64,000 bases of DNA from Daphnia carinata (taxonomy: Eukaryota), in NCBI RefSeq assembly GCF_022539665.2, contig NC_081331.1, positions 5,642,001-5,706,000 of the forward strand. Direction: 5' to 3'. The notes under the pieces are model-generated. The model did not search any database, was not told the origin of the DNA, and worked only from the letters and a program-made list of their open reading frames with translations. Position numbers and translations under genes: made by a program. Positions within the stretch are counted from its first letter, which is position 1, and every line of letters starts with the position of its first letter. Shown here piece after piece: positions 29,809 through 43,911 of the stretch.

Positions 29809-31405
29809 ATAAAAAATCAAACATGAAAAATAGGAATAGGGCGGGTTAAAATTTCGAAAGGGAAAGTAGAGTAACAACATCATTTTCATTAATATATATA
29901 TATTTTTTTTTTTCAAATGAGCTCCCCCCCCCCCCCCCCAAAAAAAAAAAAAATAATACATAATGAGCCAACGAGGCGATTAACGATGAAGAATACATAA
30001 CAATGTCCTAATCGAGTGTTTGTGTGCCTGAAACACATGAAAAGAAAAGAAAAAAAAAAAAAAGTCTATATTTAAAGAGAAACGGGTCGATGCTGTGTGT
30101 GTGTTTGTTAGCTGTGGGAAACCAAAGGAAAAGTGTGTATGTGTGTGCCGGAGAAAATGAGGAGAAAATGCACGCGCCTTTGAACGAAACATTTGATTCA
30201 ATTCGGGATAAACAAGAACAACGATTTTTTTCTTCCATTCAAAAACAAACAAAACAAACAAACAAATGTTTAAAAATCTTGTCGCTAGGCTAAAGAAGAA
30301 TCGTAACGCAAAATACGACGCACCTTTAAATATGCCCGTCTTTTAATTTTATTAACAAAATCAAAAAGAAGAAGGCACTTAAGGTGCTGCGGTAATTTTT
30401 TTTTTTTTTTTTTTTTATGCGTGTTGTCTGGCTTTTTTTTTTTTTTTTTTTTTATCCGGGCGGGCGGACGGTAAGGCAAAAGTGGGCGCAAAGCGGGTGG
30501 AGGGGAAAACGCACGACGACCGAAGCGACGGTGAAGTTGTAGCATTTTGCTTTTAGGGGAATCTGGGTTAGTAGTTGATGGCTCGCAGGTATTCCATCTC
30601 TTTTCTTTTTTTTTTTTTTTTTTTTTTTTTCCTCTTTTTTCTTTCTCTTTCTTTCTCTTTCTGTCCCCCCCCCCCCCCACTCTTCTCGTGTGCGCCGTAT
30701 CAGCTGTTGCTTCGTTCGGATGGCCCTTTTTTTTTTTTTTTTAAACTTGGTCGTCTATTTGTTCTATGGGAAATGGTGTAAATAGATGTCTTTAAAAAAA
30801 AAAAAAACGTGTGCCTCCTTTTCGTTTCACGAAGTCAAAATGGCCGTTGAAGTAGACGACAATTGGCCGGTTCCGTTATACATTCACGAAACTGTTCCGT
30901 TACCGCACACGGCTAAAACAACCGTACAGACGATGGTGTACGTTGACATAGAGAAAAAAAAAAAAAAAAAAAAAAAAAAAGATGTATAGGATGCTCCAGT
31001 CTGACCATACAGCGTAATAACGCCCACAGTCGTTCGGGAAAAAAAAAAAAAAAAATTTCGTTCAATAACGGGAATTCCGGCTGCTGGCGACCTTGTTCCC
31101 CATTCCTACTTGGCCAAACAAAACACACACACACACACACGAAAAAAGATTACTATTCAGCGTTCAAAAAATACGCATGACGCCACTAGATTTTGGAACA
31201 CAATAGTTTGGATGTAACATAATCCCTTTGCGAGTTTGCCAAAAAAAAAAAAAAAAAATTAAATTACTGAACGAAATGTTTTATTTTTTTCGAGGACTTG
31301 ACGCCACACGTCGTAATGTCGGCCAACCCAACCTCCTTTTTTCTTCTTCTTGTACGTATACCACACTGTGATATGTCGAATAATGTTGAAGCGAAGAAGA
31401 GAAAC

Positions 31406-31439
<34 letters not shown>

Positions 31440-31874
31440 ACATAAAAGAAACTAAAACCAAATGTTTTTGAGAACGAAATTTTCGGGGTCACGTTTTAGC
31501 CCGCGGGAAACGCATAGAGAAAGAAAGGAAAAGAATCAAACGTAGGAAATCCGTGTTGATTTGATTCCAAATTTGAACCCAACAAGGAAAAGAATTTTTT
31601 TTTTTTTTTTTTTTTTTTCGTCTTCTTCTACGGTGATGACCGACACATCCACGAATTTTGGGCGCCTTCACCCGAATTAGAAAATGATTTTTCATGGAGG
31701 TTGTACTGGGAGGGGGGGGGGGGGGAGGTTAGGTTATCCTTCTTTCCCCTATAGTCCCGCGGACGGACGAACATTGTCCTTAATCTCCGCCCTTTGACGT
31801 ACACATTTGTGCGATATAAAAGAAGGCAAAAGACGAGATGATGATTTTTATTTTTATTTTTTTTTTCGTTTGTA

Positions 31875-31916
<42 letters not shown>

Positions 31917-34900
31917 AAAGAAAGAGCCGGCCCTGAAAGCAGAAAGCTACAAGAGAGAGAGAGAGAGAGCCTGGACGTATAGAGCCAGGTCAACAACCTT
32001 AAGACTATCGTGACCTCAATTATCCAAAACGTACTACAGCGGCAGTAGTACCAAGACGAAGTCAGGAAATCGAAAAAAAAAAAAAAAAAAAAAAAAAGGG
32101 AGGAATAAAACGCACACTTGGATGGATTTTTTTTTACTGAATTCTAGAAAATGTAAAACATTCAATTATTATGTCTGACCAATTGTTTTTAGCATGTGGC
32201 TATACCTACATGCCAAAAATTGATTTCAAGTGAATATTTTTTGTTGGAAAAGAAGGGAACCGCAAACGAGAGAAAGAGAGAGAAAAAGAAATCAAATTGA
32301 CGTCAGTGTGTGTCTCTATTTTGAATCTTTCGATCGCCGTCTGTTTTCTTTTCTTCTTTTTTTTTTTTTTCCGGTACCGGGAATAAAGGACGCGCGATGT
32401 GGCCGGCCATCAGAATGGGAAGGGAGGCAAGAAAAAGGGAAAAGGTTCTATTAGCCTAGAAACACACTAAATAAAATCAAATAAAAAATAGACGACGGCA
32501 ATACAAAAACAAGCACAGAACTCTATCGCCCGAGTTTTTTTTTTTCTCTTCTTCTGATTTTCAAAAAAAAAAAAAAAAAAAAAGAAAACGCAAACGAAAA
32601 AAAAACAAAACACGTCAAACGCGCACCAATAAGATTACCGGCTGGCCGTTGAAAAAATGATTCGATTCCGGTCTATAGCGAAAGCGAAAGTGAACGTATT
32701 TCTCTAATTGCCATCAGTTTTTATGACGCGTCAATCAAGCGATTGCGCCTGTCGCCAGAGCCATAAAAATAAATTTAAAAAAAAAAAAACATACGGCCAA
32801 ATTGCTAAACAAGGGTACGTCGATGTTTTTAACCGTGTCACCTAATATATAAAAGCCCGCCAATGAAAGAGGACGTCAAGAATCAATGGTGTCACCATGG
32901 GCCAGTAATGATGCACAAACCTTTCGAGAGTGAAAGTCAGTGAAGAGAAAATAGAAATATTTTTTTTTTTGACAAGTTTAAAATTCATTTTGGGATTCGA
33001 CCGCGTCCCCGTTCATTGTACACAGCAATTCCTTAAAGCGCAATTCATTCAAGTCTCGGATGATGATTGCCTATTTTTATTTTATTTTTTGGAGGAGAAA
33101 GCGCCAGTTTCATCATCGCCATTTCTTCTTCTTTTCTTTGCCATTTGTTGTCTGTAAACGGTCCTTTTTTTTTTTCTTCCTTTTCTTCGTGATTTCCTCA
33201 ATCTTTTTTTTTTTTTTTTTGTAATATAAATGAAGCAACACCTTTCTTTTCTTTTTTTCCGCCCCTACCCACACGTTTCTAACGACCATATTTGCGGAAC
33301 GGGCGTCGTCGCTCTATGCGAAAAGAAACTGACAAAAATAAATACGCCATTTTCTTAACGCGAAAGAATTGGCCATAATTTTCCGATTGCGACATACGCA
33401 AATAATTCCAGGAAAAAAATAAATAAAATAAAAATAAAAGTGAACGTGCTCTCTTTTCACTCTCACGTCGAAACAGCTCGAATCGAAGATGAATGTCACA
33501 ATTGACGACCCAATAGCACGCGACAGTCGTAAACACCAATAACTTTTGCTTTCAATTTTTGCTTTTGTTTTACGATCGTCCCAGGACAATGTCAAATACT
33601 GGAACTTATATGAGCGTTTTTTTTTCCCCCTTTATCTTAAACAGATTGGGCTACGTCGTTGGACGGCATCCGTGGTTCACCATCGGCCTCTGCCTGCTGC
33701 TCATCGTGACGCTGGGCGGTGGCCTCTTCTTCTGGGTCGAGGAACACGACAGTGTCGGCCTTTGGACGACGCACGACTCGGTGGCCCGTCACAATTCCGA
33801 ATGGGTCAAACGGCATTTCAGCGACGATGTCCGCTACGAGTCCGTCATCGTGGCCGCTGACCAAAACATTCTCAGACCTGAAGTCCTTGTCCTGGTAAGG
33901 AAGGAAAACACTTGTTTTTGAAATTCTGTTTGTGTTTTTTTTTTTTTTTTTCTTCTCTTGTTTTGATTCAAAATATTTCTCGATAGTTGGCCGAAATGGA
34001 TTTGGCAGTCAGAAATCTCAGCACAGCCGACGGTCATCAATGGACGAATTTATGTTTCAGGTAAAATTTAAAAAGGAATTTCATTATCGAATGTGTTCGT
34101 GATTTTATTGCAAATATTTCTTGTTTACGGTCGGGTCGTGATTGCGTAAAACGGAAAGAGAAACAAAAAAAAAAAAGCCCGACATTATTGGCATTCTGTT
34201 TTTTTTTTTTTGTGTGTGTGTGTGTGTGTGTGTTACCTTTCACTTTCACTTGATGTCGTTTTATAGTCGTTGTATCACGTTATTGCGTCAAGGTGTGCAA
34301 CAACGACTATGGCACGACGTTACGGACACAACAAAACGTGTTTTGTGTGTGTGTGTGTGTGTGTCCGTACAGATCTCTCTTTGTAAACAAAAACAACTAC
34401 CGGAAACACGCGTGTAGACAAAACTTTTTCATTTTGATATTTTTTTTTGCGGGACTTTTTGACGACATGATTTATTTAGTTTTACAACGAACGACCAGCA
34501 TTTCTCTTTGAACGAAACGTTAGACGCACGGCCAATAAAAAAAAAAAAATACGTTAATATAATCAAGAAAATAATAATGAAACGAGAGAAACTTGAAAGT
34601 TGACGAAGGCATTTGCGAAAAATGTTTTTTTTTTTGTTTTTAATTTCATCTGGTATGTTGCTAAAGAACCCAACCCAACTAGATATCCAACTGATCACGT
34701 TCCACCCGGTCCTATTTTGAATGCCACTCATTTTTTGAAACAAGATTATAAAATAACCTTCTGTTTATGGTGATAGGTTCGGAACGACGTTGAAGAAACA
34801 CGAACACAGCAACAGCCAAAACAGGAGGCGACGCCGACGACACATTTCAAACAACGACACATACACGTCGTTAGCGAAGAGCGTTAATCATCATCCGCAT

Positions 34901-37900
34901 CACGCGATCAGCGACATCGCTAATGGCCCAGAAATGGGCGAAGAAGATGAATGGGACGTTGGCGATCTGTCCAAATTGGATTTCAGTCAAGTGTTTGCCG
35001 ATGACGAGGCCGATTACGACACGTCTGCATCGGGAAGTGGAGGACAAGGTGGAGGAGGATTTCTAGGAAGAAGGGCCCAACATTTGGTTAACTTACTAGC
35101 ACAGCCTGACGATTGCCTAGTACGCAATATCCTCCAGATTTGGGACTCGGATTTGGAACGGATCAAGTCACTGGATCAAAGCCAAATCCTAGCTGACATC
35201 AATGCCGCTCTACTTCAAGGGTTAGTTCAAGTTTCTCTTTCACCTCTCTCTCTCTCTCTCTCTTTCTTTTTGCCTTGGTATTTAACAAATGCATTTTCCC
35301 AATTACATAATGGAGGTACTAAACATTCTTTTTTTCCCGGATTTCCCTTTGCTTTCATGTCAGGAACGACCAAGGTGATCCAGTCAATTCGCTGGAATTT
35401 CTACTGTCGGATGTCCGACGTGACGTCAATGGCAGCATTTACCACGTCGGTGCCACTATGATGACCTGGTTGCTAGACAACAACCCACAGGTAAAGAGAA
35501 AAAAAAAAAAAGAACTCAACTGAGCAATAAACATTGGAAACAAGAAAAATTTCGTTTTAACGAACGTGCGTTTCTCCGGTTTTGATTTTTTAGAATGCCA
35601 GCGTTTACACGTTGTGGGAAAAGGATTTCATTCACCAGACGCTGCACAGCAATTTGACTAAACCTGATGACGTCCGTTTGTATTCACTGGCATCAAGCAG
35701 GTAAATGATATGCGTGGACAGAAGAGGAAAAAAAAAATGGTGGAAAAGAGAAAAGGGGGAAATGAAACCGAAGGCCGTTGGTGAAAAGAGGACATCAGTT
35801 TTTTTTTTTTTTTTTTTTCTGGTCGCTTAAAATTTTGTCGCGTCCTTCAGCCCGGTCCCTGGTTTGTTTTCTCTGACAAACGGACGGCGACATATATGGG
35901 ATGGGAAAAAAACCAAAACAAAAAACCTGCTGGTCTATAGATGGCTTATGTCTTACGTATTCTTTCATTGTTTCATTTTCGAATGTTCGAAACAAAAGAT
36001 GGTGGTACTCCAATAGATGTCGCAACAAATCGATAATTAAAAATCAAAGGGCCATGAATGTTTATGATAATTAGGAACAATGTAGTCTGCAATGTGAAAC
36101 AACGTGTTTAATTATCATGTTTTGTTTGAAAATAGTTACGTGGAGGGCATAGCCGAAGCGGTTACCAGCAACTTTACAGTTTTGATGATGGGTTTCTCGC
36201 TCATTATCTTTTACTTCAGCTTCGCTATGGGTCGTTTCAATTGGATCGAACAAAGGGTATGTAACTGTGCTGTCACATCTTGACGAAAAAGAGAAAATCA
36301 TGAACAACTATTGCATTCTATTTTGTAATTAGGTGGTCCTGTCCATCGTAGGTGTTTCAGTCGTCGCCCAGGCCATTTTGGCTTCCTACGGCCTTTGTTT
36401 CTATCTGGGTGTCCAGTATGGACCCATTCATCCCATTATACCGTTCTTGTTACTCGGCATTGGAGTGGACGACATGTTTGTCATCATCCAGGTGAGCACA
36501 ATTACAAATGAACACCACCACTCACCTGTTACGACCTACTTTTCAACTTGCAAACGTTTTTGTATCTCAACTAAGGCACTGGATAATTTATCGAATGAGG
36601 AAAAACAATTGCCAATTCCTGAACGAATGGCTCGAGCCATGAAACACGCTGGAGTTTCGATTACAGTGACATCCGTCACGGACATTGCGGCCTTCGCCAT
36701 TGGAGCCACCACCAGCATGCCGGCTCTCCGATCGTTTTGCATTAATGCCATGTCGGGCATCTTGATGCTGTTCGTCTTGGAAGTGACGTTCTTCGTTGCG
36801 TTGACAGTGCTGGATGAACGGCGCAAAGCTCGTCACAGCATCGGATGCTGCTTCCGCCCTAAAGCGGATAACTGGCAACCAGCACCGTGCTCGCAACGTG
36901 ATTTGCTCAAACTATTTTTCGAACGCTTCTACGGTCCTTTCCTGTTACGTACACCCGTCAAGGTCTTCGTGCTTATCGTAACGGCCGCCGCCGTCTCCGT
37001 TAACATCTGGGGCTTGTTACAGCTGGAGCAAAACTTTGACCCAAATTGGTACCTCAAGGAACACTCTTACCCATCTGAATACTTCAACGCCATGAAGCAG
37101 TACTTTCCCGAGAACGGGGAACGGGCCTCCATCTACACAGGTAATTATTACTTTGCCTTTTATTTATTTTTTTTTTTTTCTTTCTTTCTTTCTTTTCTCT
37201 TTAGCAGTAAAAGCCCCCCTCTATCTTTTCTTTGCCTGAGTTGTTAGCTGTTGATCTACATTCTTCGAACTGGAAAACATACAGAAAAAAACAAAAATTG
37301 CGAGTTTCTTATTCCGGCTTTGGCCGTTCTAGTGTGTAGACTTCCACATGTAGGACGAGCATTTGTAACAATCATTGTTTTACTGCTCTCTCTCTATTTG
37401 CTTTCATCAGCTGTCATTTTTTTTTTTTCCCCCTCTCTTCCTATTTTTTGCTAATTAGAAGAACGATTGATTTATAGTATGTTGAAGACAAGCGCACATC
37501 GGTGAATTATTTATGAGTGTTGCTTGCCATTAAATATGCACAATCAAAACGATGGATGATTATGATTGATGTGGAAAAATTCGAGAAAACTTTTATTTTC
37601 CAGTTATAGTTTTTTTTTGTTCTTTCTTGGAATTTTGCGTCTCACGCTTGATTTCGTATTTCGGAAGACCGGCTGAACTTTCCCCTTGATTAAAATCAAA
37701 GTGGAAGAAGAAATAATTAGTAGATTTCTTTAGAATTTTTTTTTTTTTTAAATGAACAAAATAGTTTTAAGAAAAATCGATTTCCCTTTCTGTTTATCAT
37801 ATACACCTGACTGGGATAACGAGACGTTAACTCGTGTTGTGCCAATCAGCAATCTGATATGCTTTTTTCGCCTATGCTTTGTCTAATTCCAACGTGTGTG

Positions 37901-40900
37901 TTCTTTTGGCCGTGGTGCAAAAATATTTTAGGGAGGATCGACTACATAGGTCAACGCGACCAGTTGAACCGGATGACCGAGCTGCTGCGAACGAATCCAT
38001 CCATCCAACCGAACTCGGTCAACTTCTGGTACGACGACTTTCAAAACTGGCTCAACCGAACCAGACAAGGTAATGCACAGCAGCAGCTTCTAACTTTCTT
38101 CTAATGCTCGTCGTTATTTTGTTGTCCTCTTCGCGCTTGCTCTACTGCTGTTCATATTAACGTCCTTATTGGCTTTCTCCCGCGAGTCGTTACACACGCA
38201 CGCACGCTGCAAGTCGGAAACCCCAAATTTGAAAAGAAAATCTGATTTTTTTTTTTTTTTTGGTTGTTTTTGTTGTTAGAAATTCCCCAAAAGTATCACA
38301 ATATGTTAATAAATAATTAGAATGCCTTTTTTTTTTCTTTCTTTCTGGTCTGTCTGGTGAATCACAACGCCCGTGCAAACAGTCGATTTTCCCGACGATG
38401 AGCCGCTTTTCAAGGAGCTCGTGCAAGAATATCTCTTCAGCCCCGAGGGCCGCCACCACCTGCAAGACCTCAAAGTGGAAGGCAGCATTCTCGATCTCGA
38501 AGGCAACTTCAACATCACCGTAGAGCTCTATTGATATTTCTTTTCTTTTTTTTTTATTATCTCATTTAATCAATGATCTTATCGCCACTGTTTTTGTTTT
38601 CTTGATCCTCAAAAATGAAAATAGGGTTCGAGAGCTCGTTTTCACCACCTGTCGCTGAAAAATGCGTCGGCCAAGAACAAGGCATTAGAGTCCATCACGT
38701 CCCTGTCGAACAACATCATCTTCGGTGACGCAACGGACTTGTCCAGTCCCATCATTTTCACGCACAGTTACATCGAATGGGAAGCTAATCGAGTGAGTAT
38801 TTTTCACCTGACCAGCGGACGTGAATGTGGGCGTAAAAGAAGAATGGCTAATTGTTGTTTGGGTTTGCAGGTAATTAGTAGCGAATTGATCCGTAACTTG
38901 GGTCTAACAATGGCGGCCGTGGTCTGCGTGACTCTGATCCTCATCTCGGATCTGGTGACCGTCTTTTGGGTCTTCACGTGCATCGCTTTCACGCTGATCG
39001 ACCTGCTCGGTCTCATGTATTTCTGGGGCCTGACCATCGAGATCTCCTCTTCGATCATCGTCATCCTGGCCGCCGGATTGGCCATCGACTACTCAGCCCA
39101 CATCGGCCATACTTTCACCACCATCCGTGGATCCAAATCCAGTACGAAATCCGCTTTCTTCGTCTTCTTTCCTTCCATGTGATTCCCTCTATCGCGTACA
39201 CATTTATTTCAGTTTTTTTTTTTTTTTTTTTTTCTTTGTGGTTTGACTCTCGTTCTCGTCCTCGATTCCACCCGACTTCTCGTCGGTTTCCTATTTCTCT
39301 CTCTGTTCTTCTTCTCAGTGCAACAGCAGTCGCTTCCACCGAATGTGGAACGCACTGTGTACGGCATAATTACAACCTGAAACAAGAAGAAGAATGAGAG
39401 AGAAGAAAAAAACAAAACAAAGAGGAGAAACAAGTTTACCTTTTTGTTTTGAGGGCGAAATATTAAAATGAAGGAAACAAAAACTTTCATTGATATCTTA
39501 AACCGCGTTGCGTTAGTGTTCAGCGACGAAAGACGTCTAACAAAATTTGATATACGACCTACGGTGTTTGTTGCGTTATCGCTTGAGCCCAATCTTTTTT
39601 AAAAAATGTTTATTTGTTTTTCGTCGTATTGACAATATTTTGATCATAAATTACAGCTCGTGCCAAAGTGACGCTGACCCGAATGGGGCCAGCCGTCTGG
39701 AATGGAGGCTTTTCCACTTTCCTTGCCTTTGTCCTACTCGTCAATACCGACTCGCACATCTTCACCACATTCTTCAAGGTATTGTACACGCTGAATAGAG
39801 GATCACATCTTTCCAGCCTATTATTGCTTGTGTTTATATAGTTAAACAAAAAACAAAAAAACGTCAACAAATTCCTTCCTTCCCTCAAAAAAAAAAAAAA
39901 ATGCAGCTCTTTTTCGGCGTTGTCGTCTTCGGTCTATTTCACGGACTGGCCTACCTTCCTGTCGTGTTGAGCTGTTTGGGACCGGACGAGTCGGGCGGTT
40001 CGGGTAGCGGTGCGGCTAGCGGATCTAGTGATTCTATATCAACAGAGTTCTCATCGACGCCGTCTTCCAACTCGTCCGATTCATCCGCTTCGACGCCCAT
40101 CCAGAAAAAGCAATCGTCCATTTCGGCCCTGGCCCTCGACAATCCCATATTCATATCCGACATTCAGGTATGTAACCGGATCTTAATGTTGTCTCTCTTA
40201 ACGACGTGTTGACAATTGCACGAGTACAAAAAAAAGGGCAGGGAGAACGTTTCATTTGTTGCCGTTGTTTACAACTCAGCGTGTTATTATATTAATAGGT
40301 TTATGTGTTCGTGATGGTAGAACATGCTAACGCATGAGATAAGGCATAACGCATAAGTTACAATGCCAATCGCACCGGTTCCAGGCGGTCAAGTGAATGC
40401 GTGCGGGAGTGTAAAATGGCTCGAGCCAAGGCCCTTCGTCTTTTTTATCTGCGTCGTTATCGGGATTTTCGAACGCGGCTTTTACAGCCATTAAAAAAAA
40501 AACAAGGAGCAGGTCGAAATGACCCGCTGACGTGGGTACTGTATTTTAATACGTCGGCGTTGCGTGCTTTCTCACGTCAAAAGAGCTCATCTCGTTTGTC
40601 GAGGCTCAATACTTAACGGCCGTTCAAAATGGACGGCCTTGTGTGCTAACGCATAATCTATCCTGTAGCCGATCGTAGATTTCCGTAGGAACGAATGCAG
40701 GTGCGTGAAAGGAAGTGACTACGTGCGGTTAAGCAAAAGCCTGTTAGAGTCATCGCAGCGCATTTATCGCAGCTACACGTACTAGGCTCACTTCCGTACC
40801 TCACTTATTTGAGTAGGTTCGTCACCGTTCGAACAATCCACAACCTGATTTTTGCCGTTATCGCCAAAGTGGATAATTCGAGAGATTATGTGATAGCCTT

Positions 40901-43139
40901 TCGCATATATAAGTGAACAGGTTGAAAATTTGTGAAGAGGTTACTAGGACGTACTAGTAACGTTCACACCATCTATCGTGCTTTCACGGTTCCTTTTGTT
41001 TTTCGTTCCGGCAGATTGTTTGCTACCCAAATTTGCATCCGCTGGACATCATGAACGGTCAGAAAAACAACAACGCCTGGAAGAATAGCCGTGCGGTTGG
41101 CGGATTAGTCGATACTCCGCAACAATTGCAACAACAGCAGCCGAATAAAGTACCATACATTCCGCAACCGGATTACACTCCTCTACCTACTCGCCGGTTG
41201 GACTCGGTCGGACAAATTGCGCAGAGGACTCCACTGGGTTTGCTCACAGCTGTCCAACAGTCGAAAAGCAAGACGAACGCCGTCGGCCGAAGCAACAGCA
41301 GCGTCGTCGTTTTAGCGTCGAGCAACATGGGCGCATCTGTGGAATCTTGTCGCAACACAATTCCACGCGTCGCCGAAGAGAAACGAGTGAAAACCGTTCC
41401 GATCACTGCAATTACGAACGGTGGACCGAATGTGTCGATTGCGGCCGTCGAAGAAACCGCCGAATTGGAATCTGCGGCATGTGTGCCCGTCGAGCGGGTG
41501 TGGCATCACCCGCAGTGGCATTCGAGCCAATTTCTGGCCAACGATTGGAGTGCGGCGCTGATGAAGCGATTGTCGGTCGAGGCGCAAAGCCATCGCGAAG
41601 AGAAAATCCTTCGGGAGGCCAATAAAGAATTGGAGCGCTTCGAGTCCGAGATCGAGTCGTATCTGGAGGATGTGGAAGAAGAGGAAGAGGCGCAAGGAAC
41701 ATTACCAAGTGCGCCGGTGAACGTTGACGAGGGCCAAGACAATTGTATTAATACGGCCGTCAGTTCGTCGGCATCGCGTCCTGTAAGCCCGGCATTGGCG
41801 CTTAGTTCCTCGCCCCAACGAGTTTATCAAAAGCACGAGCAACACGTTAGCGCCAATGCCGTAGCTGCTTCATCTTCCTTTTCTTCGTCAGTTTCCAGTG
41901 TGGAACGGAAGCGGCAGAACGAACTCGAACGAAGAAATCAGACGCTCACGACGTGATCGCGATCAGATTCAAGTCTGAACGCTGGTTACGTACACATCAA
42001 CTCGTACATAAAACACACAATAGATGTCCTGTTTTTCTACCCAGGCGACGCTCAACGCCACATTACGGCGCCTTCTTCTGAATTATTCATTTGTTTTATT
42101 ATTATTACCTTTTTTTTTTTCTTGTTTCAAAAATTGATAACACAGCATCCATCCATATTACTGCGCCTTTATTATAATTATTTTTTTAACCGCACACCCA
42201 CACACCCGTGTCGCTCGTTGAAATTGTTTGATAATATTATATTATACAGTACCATTATCTTTTATAATCCGAAACAATATTAATAATTTTATGAAATAGT
42301 ATCGCGTCATGTTAGTGAACTGTGTTTTCTTTGTGCATTTTTTTTTTTTTTTTTTTCTTGATGTCATTGAGTGAATGTGTGAGATTGAACCGCAAGTTGG
42401 GCCCGGTCGTCGTCGTTGTTCAAATTTTGAATTGTAGATTAATTCAAAGTAACCAAAATTAGAAAAGAAAAGATAAAAGACGAAAAAAAAAAACAAACAA
42501 AAAAAACAAACACAAAAACAAAAAACAAGACGGTTAAAGACCTGAACTAAAACGAAACCTTGCCGAGGGTTTATTATGTATTGCTGACTGACTAATCATT
42601 TGTTTGGCAGTATAGTGATTTACCCCATTTGTTTCCTTTGGATTCTTGTAATCTTATGGCATTCTTGGCATTCTTTGGCGCTCTTGTCTGCTAGCCACAC
42701 GACGACACCGATCATTCCAAATATTTCGTGAGCATAAATGTTGTTCACTGTGTTCTGTACTTTTATTTTGTTTTTCCCCGCCCAGATTTTCCATCGTATA
42801 TTTTCCCCCCCATGTGTGCCGTAGTCGTGAAGTGTACATGATACGAGAGAGATGAAAAATTGCGTGTGTATTTAAGACAAGCAAATAAGCGTCGCGTACG
42901 TTCCACACCATTCCACCATGTTGATGGCCCCCTTTTTTTTTCTTTCATTATGTGGAACTCGACTCTTATTTCCGATGGTTTTTGCTTCTACCTTACAAGC
43001 GCTGTCATCTATAATTTTTTTTTTATCTGTGTGAGACTCTTTATCATCATGCCTTGTTTTCTCCATCTGTCCATTTTCCTTGTTTTCATTATCGACATAC
43101 CTATTTCACCTCATCGTCTATTTTCTCTAGTAACTTCCG

Positions 43140-43175
<36 letters not shown>

Positions 43176-43200
43176 ACTTTCTCTGTCTCCAGCTAATGCA
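21400..43200. repeat. Domain dense in homopolymers and microsatellites
   Basis: Dozens of poly-A/T runs of 15 nt or more, poly-G/C runs (e.g. 29777-29807, 26857-26873) and (CA)n/(GA)n tracts, confined to introns and intergenic DNA around the K2P and Patched-related genes. Confidence 0.85.
29470..41956 (+). CDS. Patched-related / NPC1-like sterol-sensing-domain RND transporter, ~1348 aa
   Basis: 16 exons join in frame: 29470-29630, 33645-33894, 33987-34060, 34777-35220, 35364-35490, 35594-35700, 36136-36256, 36333-36491, 36576-37140, 37932-38069, 38383-38519, 38625-38792, 38871-39141, 39657-39778, 39907-40167, 41015-41956. Motifs PFLLLGIGVDDMF, GVSITVTSVTD, GLAIDYSAHI, FGLFHGLAYLPVVLS. Confidence 0.9.
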
Positions 43201-43911
43201 GCTCGTCTTACTTTGATTGTGGTCAAAATGTGTAGCATTTTATTGGGATCGGCTTGGCTGGCCAGGAAAGTGCTTCTGCTCCAATGATTGTTTCTGTTTG
43301 ATTTTTTTCAAAGCATTCATTGAGCATTACAAAGTGTTTGCTCCCATAAAAACTGGACTTGGCTTCTAAATTTCTTGTCCTGTTATTTGTCTTGTGATTT
43401 GCATTTACAGAAGAGGAGCTGCTGGTAAGAAATCTAGCAAAGCTAGCAGTCAACACGATAATTGAAGTAGTCAAATTGATTACGTGTTCCAATTTGAATC
43501 GACTCCAAGGTATCCACCGCCAAAAAAATATGCAATCCAAACGTTTTCCAAGAGAGTTACGGAACAATATACCAGTGTATCGATGCGCGAAAATTTTCGT
43601 AGATTCTAGGCGGCTAACTGCTCCAGCTTGTGACTGATAATCTGTGTTTACACGGTTTTCCAAATGTCTTTGGAATATGGTCAAACGACACAATTTTTTC
43701 TTCTAGATGGTGTTTGTGTCGCTTCCCGCCAATTATTATGTCGTTGTGTGCTCGCCCTCGCGAAGGGGCGAATAGTCTGATCTGAACCGTCTGCAATCCT
43801 ACTTCTCACACACCTACCGACGTATCAAGTTGTCGTCTAACCATTGTGCATATTTAACGGCTTTTTCGTTTATCCATTTGTTGCGTTTGTAATTTTTGCG
43901 TTGGAGAAAAA

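Noticed and set aside
23187..33157. Many Lys/Phe-rich short ORFs
   Set aside because: Translations of poly-A/T and microsatellite tracts; only 29470-29630 fits as an exon.
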